Made by a program: the position numbers and the translations under genes. A stretch of 55,637 bases of DNA from Klebsiella phage VB_KpM-AEV23. Positions 46,226 to 55,000 of this stretch are shown here, piece after piece (within the stretch, counting starts at the first letter, position 1; every line of letters begins with the position of its first letter). Location of the stretch: sequence record OR810919.1; one strand, given 5' to 3'. Below the pieces are notes generated by a model that was given only the letters and a program-made list of their open reading frames with translations, ran no database searches and was not told the origin of the DNA.

Positions 46226-46539
46226 TACTCTTCCTTATCCTCATCGTCGACGTTAACTTTTTGGTCGCCGATAGTAATGTTCAGGTTTACGCCGTTACCG
46301 TTAAGTGTCTGGTCGATGTCTGCTTTAACAATAGACTCTTTCAGTTTAGGGTACATGTATGGCATGATACCAAGAGCGCCGTCCATCATGGCTTTATAAT
46401 CACTTTCGGCTTCAGCCTGTGCAATAGCCCGTTGCATTATCTCCAGAGGTTCGAGTTTAATACGACGCATCGTGCTCAACAGTTCTTCTGTTGCGTCACG
46501 GGTACTTTTCAATTTTGCCATGGATATTGTCCTCGTCAA
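46225..46539 (-). CDS. putative terminase small subunit
   Basis: 104 aa directly upstream of terL with ATGA overlap. Confidence 0.4.
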   Translation of the reverse strand: MTRTISMAKLKSTRDATEELLSTMRRIKLEPLEIMQRAIAQAEAESDYKAMMDGALGIMPYMYPKLKESIVKADIDQTLNGNGVNLNITIGDQKVNVDDEDKEE

Positions 46540-46555
46540 TCCGGATAGCTCGGAT

Positions 46556-46595
46556 TATAACGAGGTAGAAAGGATATGTAAACAAGAGATGAATC
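46556..46595 (-). promoter_or_regulatory. sigma70-like promoter for the structural operon (TTTACA-N17-TATAAT on minus strand)
   Basis: Direct read of the reverse complement. Confidence 0.4.
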
Positions 46596-46697
46596 TGGGA
46601 TGTCTAAAGAGATAAGGAGGAGGTCTACAGTAGGAAGGCGAATAAGTAGCTTACATCTATATAAGGACTACCTAGACGCCTTTATATTTATCCGGTT

Positions 46698-46985
46698 TTA
46701 CGCCATTTTTACCAGAAAAGGGCTTCTGCCCTCAAATAAGCCTTCTTCATTGATAATGTACGGCATTACTTCTTTGCCATATTTGATAATAGCATGGTCC
46801 GGAACAGTAACGATAGCTATGAACCTTTCTAAACACATAGGATGTGTACAAGGTCCACCATAATAAGCCACTTCACCGGTAAACGTTAAGGCCGGTTCCC
46901 CGGCCTTGAAAGCTTCCCAGTCGAACGGCCTTTCTTCTGCCATACTGTTGATTTCTGGCTTGTCAAGCTGTTCGAAGAGGTCCAT
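46698..46985 (-). CDS. hypothetical protein
   Basis: 95-aa ORF followed by a minus-strand terminator (agggcagaagccct). Confidence 0.45.
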   Translation of the reverse strand: MDLFEQLDKPEINSMAEERPFDWEAFKAGEPALTFTGEVAYYGGPCTHPMCLERFIAIVTVPDHAIIKYGKEVMPYIINEEGLFEGRSPFLVKMA

Positions 46986-47797
46986 TACAGTCCTTTTGCC
47001 TGTACTGCAGCGTTATCGATAATGCGGCGAAGCTTCTGGTTAGAATCTTCAAGCTTTTTGTATTCAGTACGCAATGTTTCACGCTCACGGTCAAATGCAC
47101 GATTCAGAGCAACAGACGTACCGTGCAGCTCACGGATTTGTGCTTCGTACTCTTCAGCACGTTTGCCCATCAATTGCTGCAGTTCGTTAATCTGGGCTTT
47201 ATAGGCGTTGATAAGCTCAACACCTTCAAGATGGTTCTTTTCCATATGAACAATCTTTTCTTGCAGCATCTGCACATGAGCCCAGCCTTTTGCAATTTCA
47301 CGTGCACCGGTATACATCACTTTTTCCATACCTGCACGGTCACACTTAGTACCATTTACTTTTGCGTTGAACCATTCAAAGGCATTACCTTCCATCTGGC
47401 CAGAGCGACATTCAAGCTCACGGTTGAACTTCTCAGTTTCACGTGCTTCCTTATGAGCACGTTCGGCCAGTGAGTCTGCTGCATTCAGGCGGTCATAAAG
47501 GTCAGCACCACGAGAATGGCCAAATACGGCCACAAGTACTTCAGCAAACGGGTCTCGCTTTGGTTCAGCGACTGCTCCCACAAAGGGACGGGCAGGGATG
47601 CCTTCAACGTTGAGCTCAATACTGACGCCTTCGCAGCCAGAGATTGAGTTATCTTCAAGGGCCAGGTTAGCAAAAGCCACCAGGTCTTCAAAGCTGAGGT
47701 CAGGACGAGTTGATGATACTGTTACAACTTTACGCAGTTCACCAACTTGCAATTCTTTGGTAATTGTCTGGTTAAATACTGGGCTCATTTTTTCCAC
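46985..47797 (-). CDS. hypothetical coiled-coil protein
   Basis: 270-aa ORF. Confidence 0.45.
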   Translation of the reverse strand: MEKMSPVFNQTITKELQVGELRKVVTVSSTRPDLSFEDLVAFANLALEDNSISGCEGVSIELNVEGIPARPFVGAVAEPKRDPFAEVLVAVFGHSRGADLYDRLNAADSLAERAHKEARETEKFNRELECRSGQMEGNAFEWFNAKVNGTKCDRAGMEKVMYTGAREIAKGWAHVQMLQEKIVHMEKNHLEGVELINAYKAQINELQQLMGKRAEEYEAQIRELHGTSVALNRAFDRERETLRTEYKKLEDSNQKLRRIIDNAAVQAKGL

Positions 47798-48285
47798 TCC
47801 TTCATAATACGTTCGTTAATGTATTCAAGTACTTCTTCCTGACTGTCAATAGTCCAGTCGAATACGAAGAATTGTTTACCCATGCAAGACAGTTCATCAA
47901 CCATCTTGTCATAAGCATCATAGATAGCCTGAAGGTTTTCTACCACGCCAGGCATTTCGTCTTTAGTGGTCTTCAGACATTCTGCTACTGGTGGCAGACA
48001 AAAGATAGTGATACTATTGTCTACCAGCTCAGCTACAGAATATATATCAATATCGATGACAGGCGCACGTTGAAGAACCATGCAATAGATATACTCAGAT
48101 ATAACAGCGCTACGGTCGTAAATACTATTGCCTTCGAGCGCGTTTTCTTTGGCTTGTTTAGCCAGAACCGATTCGGCATCTTTGTCAACAGTATTATGAA
48201 TAATGCTGCGGCCAAGATGAGGTTCAAGGAACTTAATAAGTGTAGATTTACGAGCATTGTCAGGTCCCTCAACTATGATATTCAT
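47785..48285 (-). CDS. thymidylate/dNMP kinase-like protein with degenerate P-loop
   Basis: IIVEGPDNARKSTLIKFLE aligns with TMK IVIEGLEGAGKTT. Confidence 0.45.
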   Translation of the reverse strand: MNIIVEGPDNARKSTLIKFLEPHLGRSIIHNTVDKDAESVLAKQAKENALEGNSIYDRSAVISEYIYCMVLQRAPVIDIDIYSVAELVDNSITIFCLPPVAECLKTTKDEMPGVVENLQAIYDAYDKMVDELSCMGKQFFVFDWTIDSQEEVLEYINERIMKEWKK

Positions 48286-48953
48286 TTTACACTCCGGTAA
48301 CGCTGTATCAGCACAGATTTGTTATCAACATATTCATCATTATAAGTGAAGTCACTATCAATGTACATCATTAATTTGCTACGGTCCATTAATATATCAC
48401 TTGGACCTACTTCTTTGATTGTACTGATAAACATGTTGTCAACACGGAGCGTACCTTTGGCATGCTCTTCAAGAGCCGCAAGTATTAACTGTGCACCGCC
48501 AACAATCCAAACATCTGAACCACGGTCTTCAAGTGCTGCTGCCAACTCACCTATATTGTTGTAGCCTTCTGAAGCCAAGATAGAATGAGACACCGGCAGC
48601 AGTATTCGGTGGGCTGTCATAGGTAAGCTCATAGTCTGATACGTTTTCACACCGGCTAACAATACACTATGACCGACCATTCTGCTTGTCACATCGCGAA
48701 TCATATCGAGCAGATGCTCCTGTGGGAAGAGACCCCGGAGTTGCTCAAATGCATTATAGCCTGGTTCTGTTGCGATTGAATTAGTCATAGTCCTGAAAAA
48801 CAGCATGTCAGCCGGACACTTCCATGGGAGACCGGATAACGGAAGCAGACGGACCTCTTCTGCGGTTTTGGCTTCACTAACCAGCTTACGATGCAGTTCA
48901 AGCGAACGGCCAAATTCGCCTTCCTGGCCCATTGCAAACATGATATTAATCAC
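48282..48953 (-). CDS. dihydrofolate reductase-like protein
   Basis: LPWKCPADMLFFRTMT compares with FolA MPWNLPADLAWFKRNT. A DVWIVGGAQL GG motif is present, plus a ~25-aa N-terminal insertion. Confidence 0.55.
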   Translation of the reverse strand: MINIMFAMGQEGEFGRSLELHRKLVSEAKTAEEVRLLPLSGLPWKCPADMLFFRTMTNSIATEPGYNAFEQLRGLFPQEHLLDMIRDVTSRMVGHSVLLAGVKTYQTMSLPMTAHRILLPVSHSILASEGYNNIGELAAALEDRGSDVWIVGGAQLILAALEEHAKGTLRVDNMFISTIKEVGPSDILMDRSKLMMYIDSDFTYNDEYVDNKSVLIQRYRSVK

Positions 48954-49219
48954 AGCTCTACCTCCGAAACGATTTTGAACATTTCCCAGCGAATACGACG
49001 AGCGCCATACTTATTGGCAAGCAAGTGTTCAAGCTGGTACTTAGCTGAATCAATATCCAACTCACCGTAACAGCCAAATTTGGCCGTTGCCTGTATGTTT
49101 CGCGTGATAAAGCCGCCACGAAGCTTGCGTAAACGGCATTTTGCATCATACGCAACAGTAACTTCGAGATGTTTGCCTTTTTCGATTAATGGCAGGTCGA
49201 GGATGTTTGCTTCAGTCAT
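48950..49219 (-). CDS. hypothetical protein
   Basis: ORF only. Confidence 0.4.
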   Translation of the reverse strand: MTEANILDLPLIEKGKHLEVTVAYDAKCRLRKLRGGFITRNIQATAKFGCYGELDIDSAKYQLEHLLANKYGARRIRWEMFKIVSEVEL

Positions 49220-49748
49220 TTAAAAAATCCTGTGATGATGGTTCAGAAAGTAAGGCCTTCATTGGGTCGTGCTCAGGCCAAGGTGGAGTGTCATCAAGAG
49301 ACGGATGATTGCCCGTTTCTATGCGTTTTGGAGCAATTTCTTGCTCTTTTTTGGCCTTTATATACTCGTCATGGGCCTTACAAATGGCATTTACGATAAA
49401 ATCATGCTGATAAGCGTACCATTCGTCGTTATCTGTGTCGTATTTAAGACCGACATACTTCATTAGCGACGACATTACATGGATGCCTTCGTGGGATATG
49501 GTATTGTAGCGGAGGTCGTCCGGGAGGTAGAGCTCTACGACTATAAAGCAATAGGGATAGCTCTTACGGTTGAAGGTAAAAGTTGTTGCAGCGACAGGAT
49601 ATTCATCCTCCCAATGGCCAAAAGGAGGCAAATCCATCTCTTTAATCAGCTCATCATGCTGTTTTTTACTCAGCACAACAGCTAATTGCGGAGGATACGG
49701 AGTCAAAGTGACTAGTTCCATATGTAACCCACAAGTAGGGACGGTCAA
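49212..49748 (-). CDS. putative zinc metallopeptidase (HExxH)
   Basis: SHEGIH followed by DEW about 20 aa later. First gene of the minus operon. Confidence 0.4.
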   Translation of the reverse strand: MTVPTCGLHMELVTLTPYPPQLAVVLSKKQHDELIKEMDLPPFGHWEDEYPVAATTFTFNRKSYPYCFIVVELYLPDDLRYNTISHEGIHVMSSLMKYVGLKYDTDNDEWYAYQHDFIVNAICKAHDEYIKAKKEQEIAPKRIETGNHPSLDDTPPWPEHDPMKALLSEPSSQDFLND

Positions 49749-49749
49749 G

Positions 49750-50530
49750 GCAAGTCCGTTGACACGTCGTTGTTGATGATAATTAATGATAGCGCGTGGT
49801 GAGAAGAAAGTACACCACTTTTTAACAGATGTCTACACAATTCCAGAAAAATATAAAAAATTTTTGGAGGGGCCTCCAATTCCTGTACAAAAGGCTTTAG
49901 GGTAACACAATCGTGATTGATATGATGATGATTGAGTACTAAGAGTCTAAAAAGGAGCAAAAAATAAAAAAATCCGTCGGCGCTTAAAATTGGTCACGCA
50001 GAGTGATTATACCCCCCGCACCCTATTTCATTGTGAACTATTACCAACGCAATCATTACCAGAGTAACTATTACCCGTGTAGCAGTTTCGGCCGAAGTAG
50101 TTCAAAGCGTCTACAATTCAGATTGAAATTATATTTTTATAAATAATTTCGCCGGCCCTATTAGATAGCACCCCTATGTAACTATAACCCCTGCCGACCA
50201 TTTCAAACGAAGTGATTACTCGAGTAACTATATCAATTGTAATCGAGAACCACTATCAACCGCAAGTGATTATCGTTTCTAAATACTTGCATTAACTTGC
50301 AATTCTTTTATGTACAATCAATAGCGATTGGACTATTATATATTTATTGAATGTGTTGAACAACTCAACACAAGAATGGTTCAGGAGGATGTATGTAGTT
50401 ACTTATGTTGTTAGTACTCAACCAGTCAACAGACACATCTGGTAGATGGTCAATGGTGTCTTTTGCTCTTTAACAATCTGGTTAACATGTTTCTTGTTGA
50501 TAGTAACACAAGTAATAGTTTCAACCAGTG
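49750..50530. promoter_or_regulatory. AT-rich divergent control region with iterated motifs
   Basis: Repeated GTGATTA(T/C) and (G/T)AACTAT(T/A)ACC motifs, C5-6 tracts, the palindrome ttcggccgaa, and an extended -10 TGTACAAT near 50310. Confidence 0.5.
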
Positions 50531-50581
50531 ACTATTGGTAACAGTAGTCACACCTGGAAACTAATACATGAGGTAACTATT

Positions 50582-50731
50582 ATGAAAGACAATTATACAC
50601 TTTGGTATGATGACAATGAGGGACTGTGGTGTGTCAATATTAACAATGGACCAGTTCCAGACTTTGAGTCAATGGACGTGGATGATTGTGTTGATTTTAT
50701 CCAGTCACAAGTAGTCAAATATCAAGAGTAA
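50582..50731 (+). CDS. small acidic early protein (49 aa)
   Basis: RBS gaggtaac. Confidence 0.4.
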   Translation: MKDNYTLWYDDNEGLWCVNINNGPVPDFESMDVDDCVDFIQSQVVKYQE

Positions 50732-50740
50732 TTTCCAACA

Positions 50741-50764
50741 ATGACAACTTACCAAAGTTGTCAT
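50741..50764 (+). promoter_or_regulatory. conserved intergenic hairpin element, copy 1
   Basis: Stem atgacaact, loop taccaa, stem agttgtcat, flanked by TTCCAACA and GATTGG. Confidence 0.5.
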
Positions 50765-50823
50765 GATTGGACTTACTTGTCAAGGATTGACATTCAAAAA
50801 TCTATCAATGAGAGGATACAAAC

Positions 50824-51390
50824 ATGACTACTGCAATCAACTACGTTTACATTACTTCCGCGTTTTCTGTTGAAGCTGTGATGGACGGTCTGACAACTGA
50901 CGACACTATGGCGTCAATGATTGTGCAGCAGAATGCTCTCCAGCATTTTGAACGCAATCAACTGTTGAAAATGATTAAAAGTCTCAATGATGAGACTACC
51001 TGCACAATCAAAGATTCCAAAGAAGTGATGATGAAGGCGCTGTTTGATGAACTCAATCAACTTGAAGTTCAGCATGTTGCGGTCAAACAAAAATCCAGCA
51101 CTGGTGGCACCCGTAAAACTTCAACTGGTCCATCAACCAAGGACACATGCTATACCGTGTTCAAAGATTACAACTTGCTGGACAAAGAAGATTCCAAGCT
51201 GGCACTTGCAGATGCAATGAAAGCTTGTGAAATGGCAGATGATGATATTAAGGCAAAACGTGTTGTACAGTCTTATATGTCATACTACCGTAATGATGTA
51301 AAATCCGGTAAAATCACTGACGGTAAATCAGTTGTAAAAACTGATGATAAAGCTGATGATAAAGCTCCGGAACAAGAAACTGAAGAGTAA
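50824..51390 (+). CDS. acidic early protein
   Basis: ORF with RBS gagagg. Confidence 0.5.
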   Translation: MTTAINYVYITSAFSVEAVMDGLTTDDTMASMIVQQNALQHFERNQLLKMIKSLNDETTCTIKDSKEVMMKALFDELNQLEVQHVAVKQKSSTGGTRKTSTGPSTKDTCYTVFKDYNLLDKEDSKLALADAMKACEMADDDIKAKRVVQSYMSYYRNDVKSGKITDGKSVVKTDDKADDKAPEQETEE

Positions 51391-51452
51391 TTTCTGACAG
51401 ACCTCTTACGAGAGGTCTGGATTGAAATTATTAATCAACAGGAGTAAAAAAC

Positions 51453-51716
51453 ATGACACTTGACGACAAAGACCTGATGGACAAGTTGCATCATTACGCA
51501 CGTGAATGGTTCTTGAATTGGGACGAAAGTTTTCAGGAGTTTGGTCAATTAATTCTTGACACTCCTCTTGAGGACTTGAAAATTCATGCGTATGTCATCA
51601 ATATGAATTTGGCACAAATCATGCGAATGTTTTGTACTGAATTCAAAGATGGCGAACGCGATAGTGACGATATTGCTGACCTTGGACTGGTAATGGGATG
51701 GTTGTTAAAATTATGA
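51453..51716 (+). CDS. acidic early protein
   Basis: RBS caggag. Confidence 0.45.
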   Translation: MTLDDKDLMDKLHHYAREWFLNWDESFQEFGQLILDTPLEDLKIHAYVINMNLAQIMRMFCTEFKDGERDSDDIADLGLVMGWLLKL

Positions 51717-51886
51717 AAGAACTTAAACTGACAGCAGACGAATTGGCGCACTTGATTGAACTTCTTGAATCAAATGCTCAAATTGTTAGTGATCAAATTG
51801 AGTCCAGTGTTGAAGATAATTCTCGCGTTAGCGACTTACTTGAACAATTCAGACTCACGATTCAAATTAGTACAAAATTGCAATAG
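51713..51886 (+). CDS. small early protein (ATGA-coupled)
   Basis: ORF. Confidence 0.4.
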   Translation: MKELKLTADELAHLIELLESNAQIVSDQIESSVEDNSRVSDLLEQFRLTIQISTKLQ

Positions 51887-51894
51887 TTTCAACA

Positions 51895-51922
51895 ATGAAC
51901 TATCAAAGTTGCGATAGTTCAT
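51895..51922 (+). promoter_or_regulatory. conserved intergenic hairpin element, copy 2
   Basis: Stem atgaactatc, loop aaagttgc, stem gatagttcat, flanked by TTTCAACA and GATTGAAA. Confidence 0.5.
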
Positions 51923-51951
51923 GATTGAAATTATTCAACAGGAGAAGAAAC

Positions 51952-52188
51952 ATGAAAGTAGAAATGCTGATTGACTTTAACCCAGACGTTAATCATCCAA
52001 AAGTTCAGGAATTGGGCGCATATGATTTATTTTGTGAGATTGTGCGTCTCAACCTTAACAAAGGTTATGTGCGGTTTGGTTTAAAATCTTTAACTGGTCA
52101 ATACTTCATTAATTGTGACGATATTCCTCTTCACAATTTCAGAAGTTTTTGTGTACAAATCCAAAGTTATGGTGGTGTATGCCATTAA
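51952..52188 (+). CDS. small early protein
   Basis: RBS caggagaag. Confidence 0.4.
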   Translation: MKVEMLIDFNPDVNHPKVQELGAYDLFCEIVRLNLNKGYVRFGLKSLTGQYFINCDDIPLHNFRSFCVQIQSYGGVCH

Positions 52189-52379
52189 TCAAATTTACTA
52201 CAGTTCATATAGCTCAACAGTTACCTCCAAAAGTTGACCAACAATTTTTGACAACTGAAGAGTGGAATGTCTGGACACAAACTGCATTAAAAGCTGGTGC
52301 AAAACGTACCAATGCAGGTAAAGTGTTTACCAGGTTCAATAAAGAGTGTATAATAGTAGCTCAGGTGATGATTGAGTGA
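52179..52379 (+). CDS. small early protein
   Basis: ORF overlaps the previous stop. Confidence 0.35.
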   Translation: MPLIKFTTVHIAQQLPPKVDQQFLTTEEWNVWTQTALKAGAKRTNAGKVFTRFNKECIIVAQVMIE

Positions 52380-52433
52380 AATTAACAAAGTCTCGGTACC
52401 CGGGACTTGATTAATATCACTGAGGAGAGAAAC

Positions 52434-52739
52434 ATGACACCATTCATTATTAACCAGCACAATTGCTATTTTTACCTGACTAATGAGTTAGTTGAAATGA
52501 TGCAAGGTCAAGAGTTGACAAATTGTCGTTGTTTTGATAATTTTGATGATTTCTATGCTGCAGTGCATGAGATTTATCCTGCAATTGAAAGTGTAGAAGA
52601 GTTGTATGGTAGTTATATTGAGCTTTATTATGATGATGAGCTTGATAAAGCTGTTGTTGAGCATTCTTTCTTGAATGCGGTGTTTGACATTGAAACATTG
52701 GCGGAAGATATTTCCAATTATACTGCTGATGATGAGTAA
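52434..52739 (+). CDS. highly acidic small early protein (candidate DNA mimic)
   Basis: RBS gaggagag. About 27 Asp/Glu against 2 Lys/Arg in 101 aa. Confidence 0.45.
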   Translation: MTPFIINQHNCYFYLTNELVEMMQGQELTNCRCFDNFDDFYAAVHEIYPAIESVEELYGSYIELYYDDELDKAVVEHSFLNAVFDIETLAEDISNYTADDE

Positions 52740-52746
52740 TTCAACA

Positions 52747-52771
52747 ATGAGGATTTGATGAAAGTCCTCAT
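52747..52771 (+). promoter_or_regulatory. conserved intergenic hairpin element, copy 3
   Basis: Stem atgaggat, loop ttgatgaaa, stem gtcctcat, flanked by TTCAACA and GATTGAATT. Confidence 0.5.
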
Positions 52772-52800
52772 GATTGAATTAACCCACAAGGAGGCCGATT

Positions 52801-52923
52801 ATGGTCCGTAAACATGTTGTTGAGTATACTACTGAAAATCCGGTATATGCTGTTAATCGTAGCATGTGGCGGATTGTAATTGGTATTGTTATTGTATCTA
52901 TGGTGTTGAGTTATGTTTTCTGA
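52801..52923 (+). CDS. 40-aa single-TM membrane protein, absent from the ORF track
   Basis: RBS aaggagg; hydrophobic WRIVIGIVIVSMVLSYVF. Confidence 0.4.
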   Translation: MVRKHVVEYTTENPVYAVNRSMWRIVIGIVIVSMVLSYVF

Positions 52924-52934
52924 GGAGCAACTGA

Positions 52935-53102
52935 ATGATTTGGTTGGACGTGTTCATCGACGCGATTTATCTCACATTGCCGATGTTTTTTCTGCCGGCA
53001 TTACTGACAGTCAGGTATTACGCCAAGCGCGCAGGCGAGAAGAAAATGCGGAGCGAGCTGCAAAAGCATGGTCTTATCAACCCCCGAAAACTGTACCAGT
53101 AA
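52935..53102 (+). CDS. 55-aa membrane protein; alternative to the overlapping 52913..53158 ORF
   Basis: RBS gaggag 6 nt before the ATG. TM segment IWLDVFIDAIYLTLPMFFLPALL. Confidence 0.3.
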   Translation: MIWLDVFIDAIYLTLPMFFLPALLTVRYYAKRAGEKKMRSELQKHGLINPRKLYQ

Positions 53103-53158
53103 CCTGGGTTGATATGTGTATTTGGTTGTTCAATAAACTTGGCATCAGGAGTAAATAA

Positions 53159-53347
53159 ATGATTGGTTTGATTCTTGCTACTTGTATCGCTGCACATGAC
53201 TGTGAATATAAAGTTGTTGAAGCGAAACCTGAATGGACTACCGTAGAGCAATGTGCTGCCGATAGTCCATACACTTTGTTAGAACTGGGATTAGTGCCTG
53301 CACAAAACCAGCGTGTTATTTGTGACGAGCTAAAACCTGTTAACTGA
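53159..53347 (+). CDS. small secreted/lipoprotein-like protein
   Basis: N-terminus MIGLILATCIAAHDC is signal or lipobox-like. Confidence 0.35.
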   Translation: MIGLILATCIAAHDCEYKVVEAKPEWTTVEQCAADSPYTLLELGLVPAQNQRVICDELKPVN

Positions 53348-53768
53348 CATCAACGCCAGGCGCAACGTAAAAGTTGTAGACCTGGCAAAATTGTTCCCAT
53401 GTTAGCTCTACCAAACCCACAAAGAGCCTGTTAGTTGCCTCTTTGAAAGTTGTGCCAAGTGGTAATATACCAACATCCACGTCACTGCGTCGCATTACAA
53501 CGACTGGCTTTTGGCGTGGAAGTTCGTATATTAGTACAGGTGTCTTGTCATGACGCTTTGCTGATTCCTCGCATTGACGCCACCACGTACCGATGGCTTT
53601 TGTATTGTGTTTTTTAAGCTCAACGCTGAAAAACGGTACCCCGAGTAAGTCATCCCCGCCATTAATAGACTGTTGAAGATTGCGTTCAACATTCAATCCG
53701 AATGATTCATTGAATTTTTTTGCCATTTTACGTTCAAAGTTTTGGCCTTTTACTCGAATGTTAACCAT
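53340..53768 (-). CDS. PD-(D/E)XK nuclease resembling T7 endonuclease I (Holliday-junction resolvase)
   Basis: GDDLLGVPFFSVELKK matches the PDFLLPNGIFVETKG core. Confidence 0.45.
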   Translation of the reverse strand: MVNIRVKGQNFERKMAKKFNESFGLNVERNLQQSINGGDDLLGVPFFSVELKKHNTKAIGTWWRQCEESAKRHDKTPVLIYELPRQKPVVVMRRSDVDVGILPLGTTFKEATNRLFVGLVELTWEQFCQVYNFYVAPGVDVS

Positions 53769-54011
53769 ATTGTATTCAATCCTGTTGAAAATTCTGCTAA
53801 TTTGGGATATTGGTGATTATTGTACTACATATTAATCACAGTGTAAACGTCTACGAATTTATTTAGCAATCCGACTTTTTTAAATTTTCCGCCGAAATTA
53901 ATATGTATATCGGTTTGCCAAATTCAGACCTGAGTAAGGAGGCCTATACCTTCACTAATCTGGTCATTAAGCCATTGATGGAATATACACGCTGTATACA
54001 TCTTTTACCTG

Positions 54012-54043
54012 CGTCTGCTTTGTTGAATAAATCGAAATTTTCA
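54012..54043. repeat. solo IS903-group terminal inverted repeat
   Basis: tgctttgttgaataaatcgaaattttcatgag, recalled as close to the IS903 terminal IR. Confidence 0.5.
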
Positions 54044-54061
54044 TGAGTTGAAGGATCAGAT

Positions 54062-55000
54062 CGGCTTTGTTGAATAAATAAGATTTCGTGCGAACGACCC
54101 TGTAGCTGGCTGGATTTTCAGGCAATACGCACGCTTTCTGGCATCCCAGCCTTTGTCATCCTGTTCAACGCACGCACCATGGCCATAGCTTCCGCTACCT
54201 GACCAGTGAATCTCCCAACAACTGCTTCATTCTGTACATTGCCGTTTCCGCTATCGAGCGACGGTTATATTCCGTTGTCCATTTCCACCGTGCATTGCTT
54301 CCGCTCAGCCGCTGATTAGCAACGGCACGGTTGCGGTCTGCGTACTCACCGGGCCAGTAACCTGCTCCTTTTCGGGGAGGAATAAGCGCGCTGATTTTTT
54401 TGCGGCGCATTTCATCGTGACAAAGCCGTGTATCGTAAGCCCCGTCTGCCGCGGCTGCCCTGATTTTTCTGTGAGTCTGCCGGATAAGGCCCGGGAAGGC
54501 TTCTGAGTCCGTGACGTTATTCAGCGACAGGTCTGCACAGACAACTTCATGTGTGTTGCTGTCAACAGCAAGATGCAACTTTCGCCAGATACGACGGCGC
54601 TCTTTGCCGTGCTTTCTGACTTTCCATTCGCCTTCACCAAAGACCTTCAGCCCGGTCCCGGGTGGACGTTTTGAAACTGACATTAACCGACTTTGCCCGC
54701 TTACTGACACTGGTGTAATCCGGGCAGCGCAACGGAACGTTCATCAGGGCAAAAATGGAATCAATAAAACCCTGCGCAGCCCGCAGGGTCAGCCGGAATA
54801 CGCGTTTAATCACCAGAACGGTGGTGATGGCGAGATCAGAATAGCGCTGGGGCCTTCCTCGTGATGAAGGCGTTGCCGACTCATACCAGGCCTCAGGAGA
54901 TCGCTGCGCCGATTTTGCAGATTAACGGTGAAGAACCAGCAGCCGCCAGGGATATAACTGCGACGATAATCAGACATGTCGCAGCTACAAGACGCTCCAA
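54062..55000. mobile_element. IS903-group (IS5 family) insertion sequence, apparently degenerate or truncated
   Basis: Left IR ggctttgttgaataaat at 54062. Transposase homology runs to about 54900. No right IR found. The element interrupts the methyltransferase-like ORF. Confidence 0.65.
54195..54710 (-). pseudogene. IS903-type DDE transposase, C-terminal 171 aa only (N-terminal part out of frame)
   Basis: GLKVFGEGEW...WRKLHLAVD...ADGAYD is IS903-like. An upstream in-frame stop is present. Confidence 0.7.
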
